Shown here piece after piece: positions 50,701-62,700 of a stretch of 64,000 nt of DNA. How positions within the stretch are numbered: position 1 is the first letter of the stretch; each line of letters starts with the position of its first letter. The notes under the pieces were generated by a model. The model was not told the DNA's origin and made no database searches. It worked only from the letters and a program-made list of their open reading frames with translations. The stretch is taken from assembly GCA_030141605.1 (NCBI GenBank), contig JAQGDQ010000008.1:372001-436000 (forward strand), read 5' to 3'. The position numbers and the translations under genes are program-made. The DNA comes from Tubiluchus corallicola (taxonomy: Eukaryota; Animalia; Priapulida).

Positions 50701-53700
50701 CAGTCTAGGTAAGTTCTTTAACTTTCTGGATGAAATGTTTTTCAGATGACTTGAACATATCACCAGATTTTTTCGAATATTTTTCTGCTACCTATAAGAT
50801 TTTAGATGAAGATCCTTCACTTTGGTGCGTATCGGCTTGGAATGATAATGGAAAGCCTAGTGTTATTGCTAATGATCCTGGTACGTCTTGATCTCTTCTG
50901 GTATTGGATAGTGTAGTTAGCTATTACAGTAGGCGCCTCTTAATAGACTTACGGTTAATAGACTCAATTGCTTAGTTGACTCAAAAACGCCTGGTACGAG
51001 CCACTTCTATTCAAATGTACATAAAAACTGTCAGTAATTAGCTCAAATAGCTCCGCATAATTGACTTAATATTTTTCCTTCACATACTTAAAATAAGATA
51101 TTTGTATGAGCCCAAAAGAGCCTTTCCTACTTTTATGTCATCTTTACTTCACTTTTGTGCACTATAATATATGTAGAAACAATCGTGTTAAGTACCATTT
51201 TGTTTGTAAGCAGGTTCGTTTATCATGCACTTATACACCAGCGTAGGGGTTTTGCTTCAAATCTGTTACTCGCTCGTCCACTGTAATTAGCCTCGTTACA
51301 CAAGAATTTCTGGAAGCTAAACATTTTTAATCACTTGTCTAGCGGTTTCCTTTTGAAGCCTCATTGCAAATCACACTTTCACGCTTAATCAGTTAACAGT
51401 CAAAGATGCAAGTACATAATCAGCCAATATTCCTTGTGACTTACAAGAGTAAACATCATACAGCAAATAAGAGCATAGTGTTGAGGAGTTTGAAAAATGG
51501 AGGCATAAAGGCCTTAACAGTTAAGGAGAAACTGAAAATTTTAAAACAGTACGATAAACTTCCAAAGATGGGGCAGAGGTGTGCAGCAGTGCACTTGAAA
51601 ATTTCCCAAAGTACTCTCAGCAGAATTTTGAAAAAATGATCTGAAATTGAACAGTCAGCCAGCCAAAATGAGAATCTAGCATCTAAGAGGCGACGCACAG
51701 TTAAAACTGTGATTTACAAACGCAAGAGAAAAAGATGCTCGAGTGAACGCTCTTTTAATGCGGCAGAAAGCAGAAAATTTGGCAAAGAAAATGGGAAAGG
51801 AGGACTTTGTTGCAACAGAGGGGTGGTTTCACCGATGGAGAAAGCTTGAAAGCATCAGGTACAAACGTACCCATGGTGAGTGGTGGGTAGGCATTGCTTC
51901 ATTTCTAAAATTCATTAAAAACCTTTGCAGTGCATACTAAGCTGACGATTCATACTATACCCAGTAATAATACACCCATCGGTTAATTGGGTCAAAATAC
52001 TTCGTCCCAAAGTGAGTCTATTAAGCGGCATCTACTGTAATAAACTTCTGGTATTGAATAGTGTAGTATGGTGTTTAAGCTAATGAATTTGCATAAAAAC
52101 ATTCAGACTGGAATTAGCGAAATAAATGACATATGACTTATGAGCGAAGATGTTGTGATTATGTTCGAATTCACATGCTTCCTCCGTTATCAAGGTAAAA
52201 TGGTAGATAAGGCTGCTGCCCAAAGCATCTTTCCAAGCAGTCATCCAACGATTTATTAACTAGGCTTGGCATTGCCTAATTTCAATCACTAAGCACATTC
52301 CATGACCACTCTGTTAGCTTTTTAGGAGCTTGCTATTAGGAGCATTAATGTGCCATTAATGTACTAAGAATAACAGCTTTTCAATGGAAAGTATTAAAAA
52401 AGTAGAAATAAATAGCACAGAAATCAGCGGAATATTTACGAAGCTTTTGTGACATTGCTAAACATAAAACTTAAGATTGCTCTGTTTGTTCAATATACCT
52501 AAAGTTATTATAAACATCGAAAGCTTTAGACAACATTGAAACAAATAATGGAAAAAATGTGTCTCATTTTTCCATATTGTTGTGGTAAGGTTTGCAAGTC
52601 ATGTAAACCGTAATTTAAAAATGGCTAAACCTCTTGTGTTGTATTTTCACTATTTTGGGAAAGTTTTTTTCTCAAATTGCTCAGTCCAGGGTGCCCAACT
52701 AGACTATTAGACCTCATACCAAATCATAGATACCTATTATTTGTTGTTGTATTATTGTTACATCCTCATTTATAACACAAAGCCCGTAACATCCTGCTTA
52801 CTTACCTAAGGCAGTAGGCTGTAGCAGCGTTTACTCGTGCCTACTGTATGCTTAACTAACGCAAAGCAGCTTTTTGCTGAATTAAGCCAGCAGAGTACAA
52901 TGGATGACGTCAGCACAATGGAATGCGTTAGGACAGTTTTCTAAGCGAAAATCGCCGAAAATAGAACATCTAATTAACTCGCTAGTACTCCTCTCGGTGG
53001 ACCTGCCCTAACATATAGCCCACATCATCGTGTAGCCCTGTCCTTCCACTTTGTAAAGAGCCCCATATCTCCTTCCCAGAGTCCCACCGGGCGACGCTAA
53101 AACGTTTTTCCCGCATGCTGTTTGGTCACAATTTCGAAAAAATCGCGAGTTGGGTCCGGGAAAACGCCCGTTGCGGGGCGCCCTGGCCCTGTCGGGAATT
53201 CTAAATATGCCTACTACACCCACCGCTGAACGGGCTATCTATCCATACCCAGTACCCCCCTCGGCCCGTTCCAGTTCTCTACATCTCAGCCGTATAACTT
53301 TTGCAATTTTTTGCAAAAAACGGTCGAAAAAGGGCCATTTTTTGAGGTTTTTCGCCCCCCGTTCCTCCCGGTGGGCCCGATTCGAAAAATAAACCATCAA
53401 TGAGAAGACACTAGATCGAGACATTTCGTTTGATATATAGATCGCCGCAAATGGTGCCCTCGTCCGGGCTGTAGCCTCGAATCTTATATATATATATATA
53501 CCAAGAATATTAATATAAGAGCTAGCCAAACCCCACAAAAAGAATTTTGTGCACAAATCAACACACAACCCACACCACACCACTCCGCCTCATCACACCA
53601 CACTGCACCACACCATACCACTCCACCTCATCGCACCACACTGCACCACACAATACCACCACACTGCACCACACCATACCACCTACACACCACACCACCC

Positions 53701-56700
53701 ACACCATACCACTCCACCACATCACATCACACTGCACCACACCATACAACTCCACCTCATCGCACCACACTGCACCACACCATACCACTGCACCGCACCA
53801 CCCACACACCACACCACACCACCCACACCATAATACTCCACCACATCACGCCGCTCTGCACCACAACACCCACCCCACAAAAAGAATTTTGTGCACAAAT
53901 CAACACACAACCCACACCACACCACTCCACCTCATCACACCACACTGCACCACACCATACCACTCCACCTCATCGCACCACACTGCACCACACAATACCA
54001 CCACACCGCACCGCACCACACCACTCCACCACATCACATCACACCACACTGCACCACACCATACCACTCCACCTCATTGCACCACACTGCACCACACAAT
54101 ACCACCACACCGCACCGCACCACACCACTCCACCACATCACATCACACCACACTGCACCACACCATACCACTGCACCACCCACACACCACACCACACCAC
54201 CCACACCATAATACTCCACCACATCACACCGCACAGCACCACACCATAACACCACACTCAACACACCACCCACCCACCTACACACCACACCATACCACAT
54301 CACACCACACCATACCACTGCAGCACACCGCACCACCCACACACCACACCGCACCACCACATCACACCACACCATACCACTGCACCGCACCACCCACACA
54401 CCACACCACCCACACCACACCCCACACACCCTATCACCCCACCACACCATCCATAGCACAACACACAAAGCACACCACCACCACACCACATCAAATCCGC
54501 CACCTCACGTGGTGATCATGATGTTGATGATGATGATGATGGTGGCAACGATGACGACACCTATAGCACAAGCACCAACAGCGCAGCATTACAACAAAAC
54601 CATTCCAAACATTTTTCACAAAGTTGAAACTATGTGCTATAATATAATAAATAGCAAAGGCCCCGCAAAAGATTTTGCGTAAAAAACCATGTGTAATCAA
54701 TAATACGCGAACATCCTACCTAGTCCTCGTTTATAACACAAAGCCCGTAACATCATGCCTACTGTTTGTTTACTTACCTAACGCAAAGCAGCTTTTACTG
54801 AATTAAAGCTATAAGCAGAGTAGAGTACAATGTATGACGTCACAACAATGCCTTTGCGTCAGCAATTTTCTAAGCGAAAATTGCCGAAAATAGAACTCCT
54901 AATTAACTCGTCGATACTCCTCTCGGTGGACCTGCCCTAACATATAGCCCACCTCATCGTGTAGCCCCGTTCTTCCTCTTTCTAAAGAGCCCCATATCTC
55001 CTTCCTAGAGTCCCACCGGGCGACGCTAGAACGTTTTTCCCGCAGGCTGTTTGGTCCAAATTTCGAAAAAATCGCGAGTTGGGTCCGGGAAAACGCCCGT
55101 TGCGGGACGCCGTGGCCCTCTCGCGAATTCTAAATAGGCCTATGACACCCACCGCTGAACGGGCTATCTATCCATACCCAGCATCACCCTCGACCCATTC
55201 CCGTTCTCTACATCTCAGCCGTATAACTTTTGCAAAAAACGGCCGAAAATTTGCCATTTTTGGAGGTTTTTCGCCCCCCGTTCCTCCCGGTGGGCCCGAT
55301 TCGAAAAATAAACCCCCAATGAGACGACACTAGATCGAGACCTTTCGTTTGATATATAGATCGCCGCAAATGGTGCCGTCGTCGGAGCTGTAGCCTCGAA
55401 TCTTATATATATATATATATATATATACCAAGAATATTAATATAAGAGTATAGATATTGTAGATGCCAAAGTGTTAGTTATTCATCTTATTTAACTATTA
55501 ATTGTATGTATATTGTGCTACTCTAGAGTTACTACACAGGACAGACTTCTTTCCAGGACTAGGATGGATGATGAAAAAAGAAATGTGGCTGGAACTGGAA
55601 CGAAAATGGCCTATAAGGTACAGCTGTTGAATTTAATGACTGAACATAACATTTTTAGGTTACTGTAAAGCAAGAAGCAGATCAGCTTCAATCACAACCA
55701 CACTGTATATATCTGCTAATTTTTACTTCTTTTTAATCAGTAGTGTCAAAAATAATTTAAAATCATGCTTCATAACTTTTAATTCTTTAACTCCATAGTC
55801 AGATTTGTGCCATGCAGATCACAGCCACACATCTGTTAAAAGACAACTTTTCTAGGACAAAATAGAAGTCAACCTGTTTAGCTTTTTAGCCGAAAGACTG
55901 ATCATCTTTGAATCAACTGTCACTGCTGGCACACCATTGCTGTGTTACAATTATGCATGATTAATGTGTAAATGATTAAAATCTAATCATATTTTCACAG
56001 ATTTTGGGATGATTGGATGAGACATCCTGATCAGAGAAAAGACAGAGCGTGTATACGACCTGAAATATCAAGGTTAGTTTGATTTGCATTGCAAAAACAA
56101 AAATTCAACTTGCACAATAAAGTATAATCTATTACTGCCATTTGGCATAGTATGAATTTCAAAGATGATTCCAAAAATATGATGTCATGCTCTATTGCTT
56201 GGGTTGCAGTCTATGTCACAAAAACTACTTCAGATGGGTACCTCATGCTGGCTGGCTTTATATTAGATCTGTGCACAATGGTTATAGGAATGCTACTATG
56301 TATAGTTATGCTGTTAAAGTTGTGCTAAAAGTTTTAGAAACTCACACTTTTAAATCATTACTGAAAAACTAGAATAAAATGGTTGTGATCACTTTAAAAG
56401 GCTCTCCAGAGGTTTTACTATGCTCCACGAAGGCTTGAGTTTGTGTCTGTTGTGTAATAGATAACTCAGAGAATCTTTCTGTCAAGTTCTTGAAATTATT
56501 TTGTAAATGCTTGGGTAATTTTAAAACTGTACTTGCACCAAGCCAATCCCACTAATTCAGTGCATTCTTTGTGGGTGCACTTCAACTTTACTGTGGAGCA
56601 GAAGAACTGCTCAGTATCTTCTTTAAGTCTCTAATCTGGAGAGCAGAACTCCACTTGTTTCCTAGTCACAATTCATAATTTCTAGCTGCTATATTATGCA

Positions 56701-58348
56701 TTAGTTTAAGATATTTATATATTTTAATATTAGCAATATTTTTATGCAAATAATTAAGCTGGTATCCAGTATTCAGTTGTAGGGCTTGTTATGGCAGGAT
56801 CAGAACCTCACTCAAGAAAGTAATCCTCTAGGATGAGACACTAAACTGGCAGAGGTGTTTCAGCTGTATTTGAAACTATAGACGTCTTCCTTCAACAAAA
56901 TAAATAGCTAACAGCAGTATGGCAGACAAAACCACTCAAAAACAGTTTCTCAGCCTGTCATCCAGCCATTTTCTAACCAGGTTGAGCATTGCTTCACTTC
57001 ATACTCACCTATTTCCACTTCATTCTTATCATTTTTTATTAATAAGTAGCATTGTACTGGAACTGGGAATTCATTTTACATCAGGTTGTTTCAGCTTAAT
57101 TCAAGTGGAAATTTTCTTTTGCAGGACAAGCACATTTGGTCGAATTGGGGTGAGTAAAGGTCAGTATTTTGATGCGCATCTCAAACACATCAAACTAAAT
57201 ACGGAGTTTATAGAATGGACGAAAAAAGACCTTTCCTATTTGAAAAAAGTGAGTTTACAGTTTGCATTGTATTGCTTTCAGTAAAAATTTTGCATTTTTC
57301 ATATTGTGACTTATATTCTCCATACCTCAAACTTGTCTGTCTTATTATAGACCATGCAAACAACACACTGTTTTTACATTTGAAGTCTTCGTCCTAAGCA
57401 ATTCACTATAAATGCCATACCTTGCATAGACAGTAAACTACTGGAAAGTAAAGACTACTTTAAATTAATGCATTAAATTCCATCTTTTCATGATTTTAAT
57501 TTCCAGAATAATTTCAATACATTTTTTAAATGGTATTTCATGTACCTTGATCAAACGTTGTGCTTTGATGAATAGATTCCCAATGCAAATTATGCATGGC
57601 ATTACTGGTAGTTCTGAAATGTTGGCAGTTGGCTTTGTGAAAATATTTAATTCCATTGTGACCTTATCTAATTGATTAAATTTACTTAGAAATTTGGGCA
57701 TCCATAAACAATATTGCAATCTAGTAAATAGCCATTTTATTTACAGGAATTGTATAATAAGGAATTTACAAAAACTGTGTATAGTTCCCCCGATGTGGGC
57801 ATACGTGCCATACAAGCTGGACAAGCTAAAAACATGGGACCTGCAGTGCGGGTTACTTACAACAGCAGACAATCCTTTCAAGCTTTAGCAAAAGCACTGG
57901 GAGTTATGGGTGACGTGAAAGTAAGCTGTGCTTTTGTTTACACTATTCTTTAGTCATTAAACACTATAACTAATAAGGCACTGAAAAACGTAAACTTAAA
58001 GCAAGATACCGTCAAATTAACTTATGAAGCATGGAATCTCTTGGTAGCAATTTGAGTGATAAAGTTAGCTATTGTAGGTTAAGGGATGGCAATAGTTTAA
58101 CTGCTAAAATGAGACAACGTGAAGTTCAGAGTGCAGTAATAACCTAACTGGTAAAGCTAGGTAGTGTTGCATTATGGCATGCAATATGGCGTGATTAATA
58201 ATACAACTAATAAACCAATCATTTTGGTTTGCAGGCTGGTGTGCCCAGAACCGGATACATGGGTGTCGTAAGCCTAATATACAATGGACAGAGAGTCTAT
58301 TTGGCTCCGCCTTCTGGTTGGGAAAAATATGACGAATCGTGGAGTTAG
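44715..58348 (+). CDS. MGAT1: Alpha-1,3-mannosyl-glycoprotein 2-beta-N-acetylglucosaminyltransferase (GnT-I, GT13), complete, about 442-450 aa
   Basis: Exons 44715-44807 ([19 protein letters not shown]), [46260-46283 microexon?], 46817-46940, 48194-48347 (VLVFACNRP), 48744-48852 (FPIVVTQDC), 49323-49461 ([13 protein letters not shown]), 50746-50880 ([12 protein letters not shown]), 55527-55617 ([10 protein letters not shown]), 56001-56072 (FWDDWMR..RPEISR), 57125-57248, 57747-57920, 58235-58348 ([14 protein letters not shown]). All phases are consistent. Confidence 0.96.
44980..46190 (-). pseudogene. Fossil ORF of a CMC/Chapaev(EnSpm)-like DNA element in a MGAT1 intron
   Basis: Minus-strand fragments [41 protein letters not shown] (about 45448-45518; cf. 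HAFTGCDT..GKGK) and [16 protein letters not shown], followed by Cys-rich remnants. Confidence 0.6.
47506..48008. mobile_element. hAT (Charlie-type) MITE
   Basis: TIRs CAGTGGTTCCAATCC / GGTTGGGAACCCATG; 8-bp TSD CTGTACAG / CTGTATAG with 1 mismatch. Confidence 0.8.
50927..52037 (+). mobile_element. Tigger/pogo internal-deletion derivative retaining the CENP-B-type HTH N-terminus
   Basis: TA|CAGTAGGCGCCTCTTAATAGAC ... GTCTATTAAGCGGCATCTACTG|TA; encodes [27 protein letters not shown] and [24 protein letters not shown]. Confidence 0.92.
52759..55454 (-). mobile_element. Tandem Helitron-like non-autonomous array: two similar units of about 750 bp flanking a CA-rich segment
   Basis: Direct repeats at about 52759-53521 and 54725-55448; minus-strand 5' end A|TCTATACTCTTATATT at 55454; hairpin plus CTAG-type 3' ends at 53522-53551 and 54651-54679. 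Confidence 0.65.
53530..54500. repeat. Compound (CACAC/CACCA)n satellite with a 342-bp higher-order duplication
   Basis: Pentamer-based CA-rich tract; the block CCCCACAAAAAGAATTTTGTGCACAAATC recurs at 53531 and 53873. Confidence 0.9.
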
Positions 58349-59757
58349 TATTTACTCACCTAATCTGTCTCTTCTGACCTTTGTGATATTTCATATTTCA
58401 CTGACATTTAAGTGCCTATAAGCTGAAAATATGAGTTTTGAACTGGACAAATGTACTTCGTACATGGATCAAAGATTTCTCTTTTCACAAGATATGCATC
58501 ATGAATATGTTATTGACCTAGAGAGAAAGTTCTGCTTATGAAGGCTTTTATAATTGACTGTTGGAGAGGTGAAAATATAAAGGTGTGACATCAGTGTTTA
58601 GATTGTTTCTTGGTGGTGGTATATTCTTCCTGCTATCGTTGTTGAGCCACCAGATACAGTAAACTTTTTAAAATTTATCTACCGATTGACTACAATATCT
58701 CATTGTACAACTTGAATAAAGCAATTATTCTACAGGTTCGTTCATTTACTTTATTTAAGTGTTGAATTGATGATAATGGTTTAACATCAACATTAATGTA
58801 GCGATGATTACAATTATATACTATAACCCTTAATTATTATACTTTTATTCTACGGGTACAAGCTCAAATTTGGCATATTAATTTCTAGTATCAAAGATCA
58901 AATTACAAACGTCAACATTTTTGCCCTTTCATTTCATACAATTACAATACAGTAGCAGAGCATTTACCTTTTCCATCAACATGTGCCACTGTAGCCTGTA
59001 CTGCTAGGGCTGTAACTGTGGCACCATCTGATTTTTTGCTCGCATTTTAGTGTTTTGATTTGTGATTATTACACTGCTGTTTTAACACTGCTGTTTACAC
59101 TGCCAAGAAATGCTGCTTTATTCAGTACTATCTGTTAAGTTGCTGAGTTGTTGTAAAATTAAAGATCTGCTTCAATTGTACACCTATGAAAGATGCTTCT
59201 AATACTGTAATTTATACATTTGAAATGTATTTAAAGCTTTTGTATTAGTAAAAAAGAAACCTGTTAAGCATTTGTTTTTCGTTAATATTGTTAGATACCA
59301 GGTTTGAGCTGCGCATGGCTATCCTCTCTTTTTGTCTCTTTTTATTATTTAGTATAAATTGTAATTATACAAGATACTGACAGCACATGTTCAATATACC
59401 CCAATGTAATGGCATTACGGTGTGCATGTTTGGTGCTTTTAACTTTTTTCTAAAATGTGTGTGCGTCAAATGAACGTATTGTTACTGCCAAAAACAATTT
59501 GTTGTTGTAATTATTTGTAAATTAACAAGGTATTATTTGTAAATTCTAAATTTTATATAAAATTTAATAAAGTTATAGTTTTGGTTTCACTTATTTTGGT
59601 CGTCTGAATAACTTTATTAAGCCTATACATTTAAAACTTTTTTCTTCTAAAGTTAACCCAAATTTATTTTCACCTCAGGATGGAAACAGATGATGTTACT
59701 TATACATATCAACTTTTTCATCGGAAATGGCCTGTTGCAAGAGTGCTTCCGTCCTTT

Positions 59758-62700
59758 CTAAGCTTTCTTCCATTGCTTGCTGAATTTTTGACCACTAAAA
59801 ACAGAAAATATTTATTGAGGATAATTAATACCACATTGTACAGTATCCATTAGCAAATTTGCAAATTATTTATAAATGATGCAGTGACCAACTACTAAAG
59901 AATGAAGTAAAATTACCTGGGAGTGAGTCACAGTTATCTGAGAGTGAAGTACGATTACCTGAGAGTGAAGTACATCTCGTAACTTTTGTGTAGCTGTGAT
60001 GTGAAACTTGTCTCCTTTTGTTCTACTTTGAGGGTCAACAGTTATCGTATTTCTGCAGTAAAAATGATTCATTACAAAAAATTGAATGATCATTCCAAAA
60101 AACAAAACATGATGCTCATCAATATTTTAAATATTGCAATAGAAGCACACTTTGGGGTATTAAAAGGTATATTTCTTTGTTCTCTAATTTACTAAGTCAT
60201 GCAGCACATAATGAATAAATTTGTTTCTAGAAGTGATTTCAGATTTCGGGTATCTAAAATTATTTTTTAGCAAAAATAGTTTACTGAATCCAATTATTAC
60301 AGTAGGCACCACTTAATAGACTCACTTTGGGACTGACGTGTTTTGACCCAATTAACCGACTGAACCTATTAACAGATGGGTGTAGTATTACAGGTATAGA
60401 AGTAGGAGTCATCAGCTTACTATGCACTACAAAGGTTTTTAATGAATTTTAGAAACGAAGCAATGCCCAAATTCCTTTGTGCAGTTTAAAATTAGAAAAA
60501 ATATTTTTATATTATATTTATGTGATATATTATATATAATATAATTATATATAATTATATAATTATTATATAATTATATTTATATAAAATATTTTTTATA
60601 TAAGTGAATTAGCAATAAATTAAATTGTATACTTTTCTAAATCATAAATTTTACTGTTTATGTGCAAAAAATTACAAAAATTCCTTCAAAGTCGGCTGCT
60701 TCATTTTCTCTCAAAGAAGTTGGCCCAAAAGTTCTCGTAATTATAAAAACATTGAAAATCTGTTGTGCGTGACTAAAACAGTTCTGAATCATCTTGCTCA
60801 CTTACATTACTCTTATTTACCGTACGATGTTTACTCTTGTAAGTCCAGCTAAGTCCACAAGGAATACCAGCTGATTACGGTACCTGTTAACTCACTAAGC
60901 TTGAAAGCAACGAGAGCATCAAAAGAAAACCGTTAGGCAAGTGATTAAATGTTTAGCTTTCAGAAGTTCTTTGGATAACAGTGGGCGAGCGGGTAACAGA
61001 TTCAAAGCAAAACTGCTACGGTAGAGTATTAGTGCATGATAAACGTACCTGTTTATAAACAAAACGGTACTTAACATTATTGTTTCTGCATACATAATGC
61101 ACAAAAGGGAAGTAAAGATGACATAAAAGTAGGAAACACTCTTTTGGGCTCGTACAACTATCTTATTTTAAGTACAGTCTAGCCTCGTTATCTCGCCCCT
61201 CGTTATGCCGCCAAACTCGTCTCTCGCCATAGAAAGTACCAGGACGGATTTCCTGCTTTGATATTTACCTCGTTAAGTCGCCACCCTCGCCATGTCATGC
61301 TAGGATGACTACTTATGTAAACTATATTCGTTACGTCGCCAAACAGATAAACTCAGAGGTGAATCGATCAATACATATACCGCGTGTCGATCAATATAAC
61401 CGCGTTATGTAGACAATGCTGCTGTGCTCGATAGACAGACATAATTAATCTAGTGTGTGTCTCACCAGGATTAGATTAGGAGTGCTGTGTGCTGTGGTTG
61501 GTTAATGCGCAGAGAAACTAAAGCGTCACCGATATCCTTACTCTATAACACCAAAGCTGCGTTTAAGTTTGAGTTTCCACAAAGTGTGAGCAACTTTTCA
61601 TGATGTCTTTGAAGTGAAAACTGTTTTGTCATAATCCTGAACAAAAAAAGGAAATTTGTATTTATCATACGAATAATTCTTCAAAGACACAGCAGGAAAT
61701 TCCTACTGTATTTAGTGCGAAATTTGGTGACACTGTTAGCCGGAGAAGTGTCTCATGGCGCATCTCATGTATCGAATGACCAGGCATCAGCAGCTGTCGA
61801 CACACTGATGCGATACTTTGAACAGCCTGACAGAATCACAAGCGACAATATTCAAGGATTGTGTTTGATTAAACGTTGTGTTGACTGCTTGTGTGTATCA
61901 TCAATGAAACAGTCGTCTCTTCTGAATTATTTCAGTCGTCAGTAACTCATTTGTGAACATTTCTAAATCTTTTGCTAAGTTTATTGCATTTAAGTGTATA
62001 CTCGAAAAAGGTTTTTTAAATAAAAAAGTAACATTCTAAGATTATTTTTATGACATTTTTTCATTTCTGATTTAATGTTGATTGGTATCATAATGCGAAA
62101 TATATTTTATATGTACATAGAGGAACACTATGCTAATCAACTATTATGTATATACATATAGACTAACTTCATTATATTCCCGTTATCTCGCCATACTCGC
62201 CTCTCGCCAAAAATTTGCCCTAGACGGACAGTGGCGAGATAACGAGGCTAGACTGTATGTGAAGGAAAAATATTGAGTCAATTATGCGGAGTTATTTGAG
62301 TCAATTACCGATAGTTTTTGTGTATATTTGAATAGAAGCGGCCCGTTCCAGACATTTTTGAGTCAATTAAGCGGCGCCTACTGTAATTTCATTCACAAAA
62401 CTATCTTTTGCAACAATGCAAAAAAAGTTTCACTAACGTTTTCATAATTTCATCAATACCCTATTTGTTATTTTATTACTAATATACTCTAATAATTTTG
62501 CAGAAATGTAACAAATAATATATATGCATTGTATACACAATACACATATAGAGAAAGAAAAACTAAATACCTAAATGAACTAATTGACTAAATTATCGAA
62601 AATTTGTTTTAATGTATATGATTTTTATGTTAATAAAGCTCAGGGGAGAAAGCTATGGTACATTAACCTGGTTATCTATTTGTAAAAGGACTGAAACTGT

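Noticed and set aside
53547-54515. 322-aa His/Thr/Pro-rich ORF and the overlapping Val/Trp/Cys-rich ORFs
   Set aside because: Translation of a CA-rich satellite that almost cannot form stop codons; no ATG start; lies in a MGAT1 intron.
52759-55448. LTR retroelement/TRIM interpretation of the two 750-bp direct repeats
   Set aside because: No TG..CA ends, PBS, PPT or TSD; hairpin-CTAG ends fit a rolling-circle element better.
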